NCBI GenBank assembly: GCA_964356715.1
Contig: CAYHJO010000001.1
Location: forward strand, 1 to 63,378
DNA from: an uncultured Turneriella sp.
Lineage (GTDB): Bacteria > Spirochaetota > Leptospiria > Turneriellales > Turneriellaceae
Direction: 5' to 3'
Length of the DNA: 63,378 nucleotides
The position numbers and the translations under genes are program-made. Positions 9,372 to 17,392 of the stretch are shown here, in pieces. The notes below the pieces were generated by a model that saw only the letters and a list, made by a program, of their open reading frames with translations, had not been told where the DNA came from and ran no database searches. The first letter of the stretch is position 1. The number at the start of each line of letters is the position of its first letter.

Positions 9372-10025
9372 ATGCAAACTGAAAAAAAAACAGCGAAACC
9401 TGTAAGAATATCGAATACGCTCCTGGTCAATAAACCGATCCACGAGCTGTGGGAATTTTTTGCCGACATCGAGCGCTTTGCGGGCTTTGTGCCGACGGTC
9501 AAAGAATATAAGATGGAGGATGAAGTCACCTTTTCGGGCAAGGTCGGCGTAACGCTGGGGAAAATCCCCGTGCGCAGCAAGATCATTTTCAAGATCACGA
9601 AGAAAGAAGGGCCGTTTTATATGGAAGCGGAGGGCATTTCGTATATGGGTGAGACGATTGTCGAAATGAAGAAAAGCAAATCCGAGGCCGGTGAAATCAA
9701 CAAGAAGTCTGTCGGCCGCATATCAACAACTTTGCGTCTTTCTGTCGAATCAGATAACTCCACGCGGCTCGATTTTGTGGCTAACGTCGTCGCCGAAGGC
9801 AAATTGCGCAATATTTATAACAGTATTGTTAAACTCAAAGTTCCGGCGATAAAGAAAGAATTCGTCGAAAACTTACGCCGGGCGTTTTCGGTCGCTGTGG
9901 AGCAGATTGAAGACCAGGTAGAAGCGGTAATCGGCGTGGAAACTCCGGCGGGCGAGAAGAAACCCGGCAGAATCAGGAGATTTTTCTCGCGCAAAAAGCA
10001 GGTGCAAAATGAAAGTGCAGTCTAA
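9372..10025 (+). CDS. SRPBCC/CoxG-like ligand-binding protein
   Basis: PIHELWEFFADIERFAGFVP is a CoxG-type N-terminus; start probably ATG 9372. Confidence 0.75.
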   Translation: MQTEKKTAKPVRISNTLLVNKPIHELWEFFADIERFAGFVPTVKEYKMEDEVTFSGKVGVTLGKIPVRSKIIFKITKKEGPFYMEAEGISYMGETIVEMKKSKSEAGEINKKSVGRISTTLRLSVESDNSTRLDFVANVVAEGKLRNIYNSIVKLKVPAIKKEFVENLRRAFSVAVEQIEDQVEAVIGVETPAGEKKPGRIRRFFSRKKQVQNESAV

Positions 10026-10236
10026 ATTTCTGAACGGCGACGTCAGAGTCACTTCAATCAGGCCAAATGGCGATTCGATCAGGGTTGAGGGTACCATAAA
10101 AGAACTCTATCCGATCGAGGTCGAGCTGTCGGCGACCGATCTGATCGAAATACTGCAGGTGAGTTTCCGTCCCGAACTCTGGGTGCATTCGGCAAAGCTG
10201 CTGGCCAGTGGACTTCTGGAGGCCGGTGCAAAGTGA
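10009..10236 (+). CDS. Small hypothetical protein in the GRE operon
   Basis: 75 aa; overlaps both neighbours, consistent with translational coupling. Confidence 0.6.
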   Translation: MKVQSKFLNGDVRVTSIRPNGDSIRVEGTIKELYPIEVELSATDLIEILQVSFRPELWVHSAKLLASGLLEAGAK

Positions 10237-12586
10237 TTTCGGAACGCGGATTTCGGCATGGGCCCCGTCAGAGAAGATTCAGCGGCTGCTGAGCGACCAC
10301 TGCGCGGCCGTGCCCGCTCTGGGCGCTGAACGCGCGATCCACTATACGGATTTTTTCAGACGCGAAGCGCGTAAATACAAAGATCCGCATATGCGCCTTG
10401 CCAAAGCGTTTGCCGATCATCTCGAACGGCGGACCATCCGCATCTTCGACGGCGAGATTTTTGCCGGCAGCCACACCGAGCATCGGGTCGGGGCGATCTG
10501 TTATCCCGAGCTTGCCGGCAGCTTTATGCTCGAAGATCTGCTGCGTTTCGAAACCCGCAAAACCAATCCGCTGCGCGTCGAAAAGCGACACAAGGACCGG
10601 CTGATGTGGAACGTGGTACCTTACTGGTTCACGCGCAACATCGTCATGAAAGCATTTTCGTTTATCGACCGCATACGCTATTCGATCGATCAGCTGTCGG
10701 CTACCAGTTTTATTATCAACGAAGCCGGCGGTGTGGCACATTTCATTCCCGACTACGCCGGTTTGTTGCGACATGGAACCAGCGGTATCAGGGCGCAGAT
10801 TCAGACAAGAAAAGAAAAAGCGGGAATTTCCCCCGTGCAGCTGCAGTTCCTCGATGCAGCTCTGGTCGCTTTACAGGCGTTTGAAAGCTTTGCCGGTCGC
10901 TACCGCGCGGAAGCCGAACGCATCGGTAGGCACGACATTGCAGATTTGCTTGCCCGCGTGCCGCTTGGGCCCGCGAACAATATTCGTGAGGCGCTGCAGG
11001 CCATCTGGCTCTACCAGTTACTGATTCAGATCGAATCGCTCGACCAGGGCATTAGCCCCGGCCGGCTTGACCAGATTCTGTATCCGTACTATCGGCGTGA
11101 AAAAGCCGCGGGGACCTTCGTCGCCGCTGAGTTTTGCGACCTGATGTGCGCCTTTTCGCTCAACCTCTCAGAAGTGATTCCGTTGTTCTCCGGCCGGTTG
11201 ACTCGATATTACAGCGGGCTGCCAACGGGGCAGGCAATCGTTATCGGCGGTCTCGGTGCCAATGGCCAGTGTGCGGCAAACGAGCTGACATATCTCATGC
11301 TCGATGTCATGGAAAAATTCCGGGTTCGTCAGCCGAACTGGCATGCGCGCATCGGTAGTCGGTCAGAAAGGCGCTACGTGGATCGCGTCATGCAGGTCGT
11401 TGCGCAGGGCGGCGGTTCACCGGCACTTTACAACGACGATGTCATCATGCCGGCGCTGGAAAAGCACGGTCTTGACGGCGGCGAAGCGTGGAATTACGCT
11501 ACGGTCGGCTGCGTCGAACCGGCGATCGGCGGCAAGAGTTTTACGTCGACCGATGCGGCTATTTTCAATCTCGCGCTGTCGATGAACAACGTGCTGAAAA
11601 AATATGAGAGCGGATTGTGGTCGGTAATCCGGAGTTTTTTTCGGGAGAAGCAGGTTTCGAACACCATCGATGAGTTGATTGCCGAGATCCGCGAGGATCT
11701 GTGCCGCCGGCTTGACCATTTGCATTTCTGTCTGTCGAGTATCGAGCGCTCTCACCAGAAGCACCACCCGACACCGTTTTCTTCGCTTACGATTCGCGGC
11801 TGTATTGAGTCGGCCACCGACTGCGTGAATGGCGGTGCGTTAATCAACGGTTCGGGCATTCAGGCAGTCGGTCTCGCCGATTTAGCCGACTCGCTAAAGG
11901 CGCTCGACGATCTGGTGTTTCAAAATCGGCGCTACACCCTGGCCGAGATAGCAGGGTTATGCCGTCGGAATTTCGCGACCGCCGGTGAGGCGCTGGCTCG
12001 GGTGCGGCGCGAGGCGAAATTCGGCAATGACAACATTGAAGTCGACCGATACGCCGCCCGCCTGGCACAAATGTTTCACGACCTTACCGTGCGGAAAATG
12101 AATACGCGCGGCGGTCGCTGGACCCCAGGGCTGTATTCGATGACCTGTCATCGGGCATTCGGTATGCATATGGGCGCGTTGCCCTCCGGGCGTCTGCAGG
12201 GCGAAAGTCTGGCCGACGGACTCGCTCCGTCAGATGGCTGCGATGTACTCGGGCCTACGGCTTCGCTGAACTCGGCGTGTGCAATCGACAATACGCTGTT
12301 TGCCAATGGGATCAATCTGAATCTGAAATTTGCGTCTGCTTCCTTTTCCTCATCCACGGGGGCTGTATTACTGGCAAATCTGATTGAAACTTTTTTCAGG
12401 AAAGGCGGCATGCAGACGCAGATCAACGTGCTGGACCTGTCGGTGCTGGAAGCGGCCATGGCGAATCCCGGCAAATACCGCAATCTACTGGTACGCGTCT
12501 CGGGTTACTCTGCGTATTTCACCGATCTTACGCCAGAGATGCAGCGGGAAATCATCGCGAGAACCTTTCATTCGGCGGGAGGGTGA
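10208..12586 (+). CDS. Glycyl radical enzyme, non-PFL, eliminase-like (CxE) type; substrate unknown; start uncertain (GTG 10208 or 10226)
   Basis: Cys loop TVGCVEP (Cys codon 11510), Gly loop LVRVSGYSAYF (Gly codon 12503), GRLDQ, KFGND, PSGR...LADG. Confidence 0.92.
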   Translation: MDFWRPVQSDFGTRISAWAPSEKIQRLLSDHCAAVPALGAERAIHYTDFFRREARKYKDPHMRLAKAFADHLERRTIRIFDGEIFAGSHTEHRVGAICYPELAGSFMLEDLLRFETRKTNPLRVEKRHKDRLMWNVVPYWFTRNIVMKAFSFIDRIRYSIDQLSATSFIINEAGGVAHFIPDYAGLLRHGTSGIRAQIQTRKEKAGISPVQLQFLDAALVALQAFESFAGRYRAEAERIGRHDIADLLARVPLGPANNIREALQAIWLYQLLIQIESLDQGISPGRLDQILYPYYRREKAAGTFVAAEFCDLMCAFSLNLSEVIPLFSGRLTRYYSGLPTGQAIVIGGLGANGQCAANELTYLMLDVMEKFRVRQPNWHARIGSRSERRYVDRVMQVVAQGGGSPALYNDDVIMPALEKHGLDGGEAWNYATVGCVEPAIGGKSFTSTDAAIFNLALSMNNVLKKYESGLWSVIRSFFREKQVSNTIDELIAEIREDLCRRLDHLHFCLSSIERSHQKHHPTPFSSLTIRGCIESATDCVNGGALINGSGIQAVGLADLADSLKALDDLVFQNRRYTLAEIAGLCRRNFATAGEALARVRREAKFGNDNIEVDRYAARLAQMFHDLTVRKMNTRGGRWTPGLYSMTCHRAFGMHMGALPSGRLQGESLADGLAPSDGCDVLGPTASLNSACAIDNTLFANGINLNLKFASASFSSSTGAVLLANLIETFFRKGGMQTQINVLDLSVLEAAMANPGKYRNLLVRVSGYSAYFTDLTPEMQREIIARTFHSAGG

Positions 12587-13495
12587 ATGCACAGCGCTGC
12601 GGGGCATGTTGTTGCGCCCATCTTTGACATCCAGCGTTTCTCGCTGCATGATGGCCCGGGTATCCGGACGACCGTGTTTCTTAAAGGTTGCCTGCTCGAC
12701 TGTGCCTGGTGCCAGAATCCGGAATCCAAGAGCCGCAAACCGATGATTGCCTTCTACGCCAACCGGTGTTTGCAGTCGTTCGCGTGCCGCGCTGTCTGCC
12801 CCGACGATGCGATTCTCGCGGGGGCTTTTCGCGTCGATTACGGCAAATGCACTAACTGCAATTTGTGTCTCGAAGCCTGCCCCGGAGGCGCGTTGGAAAA
12901 AATCGGCGCTTACATGGTAGCCGACGATCTCTTTGCGGAGGTGCTGCGCGATGAAGATTATTTCGCCAGCGGCAGCGGTGGCATTACCGTTTCTGGCGGC
13001 GAACCCACCATACACGCGAAATTTCTGACCGATTTCTTCGGCCTGTGCCGACAGCGCGGCATCAATACACTGCTGCAGACTTCGGGCTATTTTCGCAGCA
13101 GTGTACTCACGGATGTTATGCCGCTGGTTGACCGCATCTGGTTTGATCTGAAGCTGATGGATGAACAGCAGCATATGGCTTTCACGGCACGCAAGAACCA
13201 GATTATTCTGCGCAATGCTGCGGCACTCATTGAGTGCGGGGCAGCGGTTGAGTTCCGCATTCCTCTGGTCGAAGGCATCACGGATACTGACGAGAACCTG
13301 ACGCAGATTGCAGGCTTTCTGCGTGACCACGGTGTCGAATCAGTGCATGTGCTGAAATACCACAATATGGGTGAAGCGAAGATTGACATTGTGCGGAGCC
13401 GGCAAAAAAAACTACAGAAAGCCTGCTACGATGACGCCCGTTTCGCCGATAGAAAAAAATTTCTCGAAAGGACAGGTCTGCGTGTTATCTGCTGA
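12587..13495 (+). CDS. Glycyl-radical enzyme activating enzyme (radical SAM with ferredoxin insert)
   Basis: HDGPGIRTTVFLKGC-LLDC-AWC-QNPE; ferredoxin-like CTNCNLCLEACP; SGGEP. Confidence 0.95.
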   Translation: MHSAAGHVVAPIFDIQRFSLHDGPGIRTTVFLKGCLLDCAWCQNPESKSRKPMIAFYANRCLQSFACRAVCPDDAILAGAFRVDYGKCTNCNLCLEACPGGALEKIGAYMVADDLFAEVLRDEDYFASGSGGITVSGGEPTIHAKFLTDFFGLCRQRGINTLLQTSGYFRSSVLTDVMPLVDRIWFDLKLMDEQQHMAFTARKNQIILRNAAALIECGAAVEFRIPLVEGITDTDENLTQIAGFLRDHGVESVHVLKYHNMGEAKIDIVRSRQKKLQKACYDDARFADRKKFLERTGLRVIC

Positions 13496-13590
13496 CTTGC
13501 AGCGCAGTCGTGAGTTGGGGCCAAGCTGCTTTGACATCGCTGGTAAAAAGTGCAATTCGAGCTTGCCGCACTAAGCGCGGGGCGGAAAAC

Positions 13591-13630
13591 ATCCTAAAAA
13601 AGTATAAAAAGATATAAAAATCTATAAAAA
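13591..13630 (+). repeat. Four 10-bp-period units ending in TAAAAA (phased A-tracts)
   Basis: atccTAAAAA agtaTAAAAA gataTAAAAA tctaTAAAAA. Confidence 0.75.
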
Positions 13631-13639
13631 GGCGCCGCC

Positions 13640-15214
13640 ATGATCAAATTCAGCTTTTGGCAGAGATTGTCAGACTATGGTACAGAGGGTTTATCTTCGA
13701 TACCAGAACGCAAGAGGCACCGCATCGCCAACCAACTGCTTGCGGCAGTCGTATTATTTAATCTTGCCTTCGGCGTGCTGGAAATTATCGTTTATCTGAA
13801 GCTTTTGTCTCTCGATCGGGAAAAGCATTTTCACTACCTTTACTTTTATACGGTCCCGGGGGTGATCATCCATTTTCTCGCGGCCGCTACCTACGTGCTG
13901 AAAAACCGTTCGCACAATATGAATTATACCTTTTTGATGCTGCCTCCGCTCGTGGCATATATTACCATGTTCTGCTTCTATCTGGGCAACTCGCTCATGG
14001 TGCACCTGATTCTGTTTGCGCTGATTCCAATTCCATTTTTTGTCTACGCCAGGCACCAGATCCGGGCAATTTTGCTGCATGAAATCAGTGTCATATTGGG
14101 TGTCGCCGCTGCCTATACCGGATATTGGCTTATGCAGCCACTGTTACCCGTTACCCCCGAAATCGAAAACATGCTGCGGCCTGTTCCGGTTCTGACGGTC
14201 ATCGTCATTCTCTGCCTCATCTCGTATTATCACTGGAAGCAGAGTAACTTGTCAGAAAGCCTGCTGGAGCACGAGAAAAAACATACGGAAAACCTGCTCA
14301 ATAATATTATTCCCAAACACGAACAGGCAGAAAAGAAATACCGGCATCTCGTCGAGGGTTCAGGGGACATAATTTTTTCGATGAATCAGACGGGCGAGAT
14401 TATCACGATCAACAAGGCGGTCAAAGCGCATCTGGGATTTTCGCCGGCAGAAATTCAGGGACGCAAATTTGAAGAGTTGGTCTATACTGCCACAGGTGGC
14501 AAGTCTGAAATTGAGACCGATCTGTTTCGCAGTTATCTGCGGGATTTGCTCGACAAAAAGAAGTCAGTCGCTTTTCGAATTCCGCTGCGCCAGAAGTTGC
14601 ACGCCGAGCCGGCCGAATTGTCGGTTTTGCTCGAGCTTGCCGAATCGGACGAGGAGCTGGAAATTCTCGGCAAGGCGATGTCGACTCAGGACGATCTGAT
14701 TCTCAATTTTCTGCAACGCGAACGCGGCCGGTTTGCCATCGGCAACAGCATCGGTCATGCGGATATCCTCAGCCATAAGCTCACCTGCAACCTCAGCAAA
14801 GTGCTGCCCGGTTCCGACATCCAGTCTTTGCGCATCAGCCTGAGGGAAATGCTGATCAACGCCATCGAGCACGGTAACCTCGGCGTGACCTTCGAAGAAA
14901 AAACACGCGCTCAGGAAGAAGGCGATTTCATGGATTTTCTCAAGGTCCGGCAGCAGGATCCCCGCTATGCGGGAAAAAGAGTATTTATCGACTATATCTT
15001 TGATGGACAGAAAGTGGCCTACCAGATTACCGATGAAGGGTTGGGGTTTAATCACAGGGACATGATGGCAGATAACTCAGAAACAGCAAACGCAGAATTT
15101 TTGGCGCATGGCCGCGGCATCACGATGACACGAAATACCTTTAGCCTCGTGCGTTACAACAAGACGGGAAACAAAGTAATTCTCGTGAAACACTTCAACC
15201 GGACAGTGGAGTAA
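13640..15214 (+). CDS. Membrane sensor + PAS + RsbW-like HATPase (anti-sigma-factor-type kinase)
   Basis: About 6 TM; PAS YRHLVEGSGDIIF; EMLINAIEHGN, ITDEGLGF, HGRGI, GNKV; no HisKA H-box seen. Confidence 0.8.
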   Translation: MIKFSFWQRLSDYGTEGLSSIPERKRHRIANQLLAAVVLFNLAFGVLEIIVYLKLLSLDREKHFHYLYFYTVPGVIIHFLAAATYVLKNRSHNMNYTFLMLPPLVAYITMFCFYLGNSLMVHLILFALIPIPFFVYARHQIRAILLHEISVILGVAAAYTGYWLMQPLLPVTPEIENMLRPVPVLTVIVILCLISYYHWKQSNLSESLLEHEKKHTENLLNNIIPKHEQAEKKYRHLVEGSGDIIFSMNQTGEIITINKAVKAHLGFSPAEIQGRKFEELVYTATGGKSEIETDLFRSYLRDLLDKKKSVAFRIPLRQKLHAEPAELSVLLELAESDEELEILGKAMSTQDDLILNFLQRERGRFAIGNSIGHADILSHKLTCNLSKVLPGSDIQSLRISLREMLINAIEHGNLGVTFEEKTRAQEEGDFMDFLKVRQQDPRYAGKRVFIDYIFDGQKVAYQITDEGLGFNHRDMMADNSETANAEFLAHGRGITMTRNTFSLVRYNKTGNKVILVKHFNRTVE

Positions 15215-15225
15215 GCCGGTTTCTT

Positions 15226-15687
15226 ATGCTTTACCGTAATTCCAGTCAGTACGCGCTACGCGCCTTAACCCACATGGCCGGTCTCAACAGCGGCAGTTGC
15301 CAGCGCATTGCGGATCTGGCCGAGGCGCAGAATATACCCCAGGCATATCTCAGCCAGATTTTCAAACAGCTGGTTGAGGGAAAGATTCTCAAGTCGATCA
15401 AGGGACCTGGCGGAGGTTACGTCTTTGCCCGTGCGCCGGAGAAAATTACCTTTTACGACATCAAAATCTGCGTCGATGGTCCGGATGATTTTGAGAAATG
15501 CGTGATCGGATTCGATGTCTGTTCAGACCATACGCTGTGTCCGGCGCACGAGGCATGGAAAAAACAAAAAGTCCAGGCGCAGAAAGACATGTGCAGCATC
15601 AATCTCGCCAGTGCCAGCGAGCTGGTACGAAAAAAACACGCCGAGCAGAATCTTGCCGCGCAGAAGACGCGGCGACGCCGTCTTTGA
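15226..15687 (+). CDS. Rrf2-family transcriptional regulator with three C-terminal Cys (likely Fe-S)
   Basis: SQYALRAL, IPQAYLSQI, SIKGPGGGY; CVIGFDVCSDHTLCPAH. Confidence 0.9.
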   Translation: MLYRNSSQYALRALTHMAGLNSGSCQRIADLAEAQNIPQAYLSQIFKQLVEGKILKSIKGPGGGYVFARAPEKITFYDIKICVDGPDDFEKCVIGFDVCSDHTLCPAHEAWKKQKVQAQKDMCSINLASASELVRKKHAEQNLAAQKTRRRRL

Positions 15688-15754
15688 CGCGAACAGCCTG
15701 CCGTGCTGACTCGCTTTGTTCTTGCCTTGGTGTCGGGAACTGCCTCAACGGGTA

Positions 15755-17392
15755 ATGCGCAAAATCTGGCGGAACGTCTATAACTGGGGGGATACGGAAA
15801 AGAAAATCGACCCCACGATTGAGCACCACATCAACCATTTTAAGCACCTGCTCGGCATCGAAGGCGAGGTGCATGAACTGCCGCTCAACAGCAATGCGCA
15901 GCAGGAAGTCAGACTCGCGAAAAAGAGCCGGCTGGCGCGTGCGGCGCTCAAAGACCTCATGCGGTTTGTCGGCAGCGATAACGTGTACGTCGATGATTTT
16001 TCGCGCGCGAAGCATTCGTTTGGCAAATATTACGGTGACATACTCAAAATGCGCATGGGCAAAATCGAGCATCCGCCCGACGCGGTGGTGTGCCCGCGTA
16101 CCGAAGAAGATCTCATTAAGGTCATTAACTATTGTAATGCCAGGCGCATTGCCGTCGTTCCCTGGGGCGGTGGCACGTCGGTCACGCGCGCGCTCGAAGC
16201 CGACAAAGGCGGCATCGCGCTCGATCTGACCGTGCATCTCAAAGACGTGCTTTCTCTGAACGCCGAAGATTCGACTGTGACCGTCGAGGCCGGTATTCTT
16301 GGCCCCGATCTGGAAAAGTATCTCAACGAGCGCGGTTACACCTGCGGTCACTTTCCGCAATCGTTTGAATTCGCGACGGTGGGCGGTTGGGTCGCAGCGC
16401 GCGGCGCAGGCCAGGCATCGACGGGCTATGGCCGCATCGAAGATCTGTTAGTCGGATTAAGAATTGTGACTCCGACCGGGTTGATCTCGTGCGGAAATTA
16501 TCCCGCCGCTTCGGTCGGTGGCGATATCCGGCATTTTATTCTCGGCAGCGAAGGCACACTGGGTGCCATCAGCCGCGTCACGCTGCGCATACGCAAATAC
16601 AAGGCCGACAGGGCAATTTTGAAATCCTACATGTTCAAGTCGTTTGAACAGGCGGTTGAAGCCATGCGCGAAATGATGCAATCGCAGGTTTACCCGCCGC
16701 ATTTTTTTCGTATCTCAGACCCCGAAGAGACCGAAATCGGGCTCGGCATGAAGGGCAAAGACAAGGGCATCACCGGCGCACTGCTGAATTTTCTCGGCTT
16801 CAAAAAAAATGGCCGCTCGCTGATGTATGCGATTTTCGAGGGCGACGGCCGGCAGTGCCGTCTGGGCGAGAGCGCGCTGGGTAAAATCGTGCGCAAGCAC
16901 GGCGGTCTGTCGCTCGGTGCATACGCCACGCGTAAATGGCTCGAGCAGAGATATTCATCCGCCTATATGCGCGACCCGATGATGGATGCCGGCATTCGCA
17001 TCGACACGCTCGAAACTTCGGTACATTATTCGCAGCTCGTTGAACTTTGGCAGGCGGGCAGGGCCTATATCAAAAAAGACGGGCTGACGTTATGCCTGAC
17101 GCACATTTCCCACACTTATGAGACAGGGGCGAATCTCTACTTTATTTTCGCATCGCCGATGCTGGCGAAAGACGAGCTCAACCAGTTTGAGAAATTCCAT
17201 AAAGGCATCGTCGAAACTTTTATCGCGCATGGGGGCACGCTGTCGCATCACCACGGTATCGGGCGCCTCGTCGCACCGCTACTGAATCAGCAGCACTCGC
17301 CGGCGACGCTGGAAGCGTGGCGCGCAGTAAAAAAGACCCTCGATCCGAAAGGCATTATGAACCCGGGGGCGTTGATTTACAAGGCGAAATAA
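15755..17392 (+). CDS. FAD-binding oxidoreductase, alkyl-DHAP synthase-like
   Basis: PWGGGTSV, GHFPQSFEFATVGGWVAARGAG, GSEGTLG, HISHTY...LYF, SHHHGIG, DPKGIMNPG. Confidence 0.85.
   Translation: MRKIWRNVYNWGDTEKKIDPTIEHHINHFKHLLGIEGEVHELPLNSNAQQEVRLAKKSRLARAALKDLMRFVGSDNVYVDDFSRAKHSFGKYYGDILKMRMGKIEHPPDAVVCPRTEEDLIKVINYCNARRIAVVPWGGGTSVTRALEADKGGIALDLTVHLKDVLSLNAEDSTVTVEAGILGPDLEKYLNERGYTCGHFPQSFEFATVGGWVAARGAGQASTGYGRIEDLLVGLRIVTPTGLISCGNYPAASVGGDIRHFILGSEGTLGAISRVTLRIRKYKADRAILKSYMFKSFEQAVEAMREMMQSQVYPPHFFRISDPEETEIGLGMKGKDKGITGALLNFLGFKKNGRSLMYAIFEGDGRQCRLGESALGKIVRKHGGLSLGAYATRKWLEQRYSSAYMRDPMMDAGIRIDTLETSVHYSQLVELWQAGRAYIKKDGLTLCLTHISHTYETGANLYFIFASPMLAKDELNQFEKFHKGIVETFIAHGGTLSHHHGIGRLVAPLLNQQHSPATLEAWRAVKKTLDPKGIMNPGALIYKAK

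Noticed and set aside
10208-12586. Pyruvate formate-lyase (pflB)
   Set aside because: Single-Cys GCVEP loop rather than Cys-Cys, and the activase has a ferredoxin insert, unlike PflA.
13591-13630. CRISPR array or replication-origin iterons
   Set aside because: Units are only 10 bp with no spacers; no cas, dnaA or rep genes nearby.
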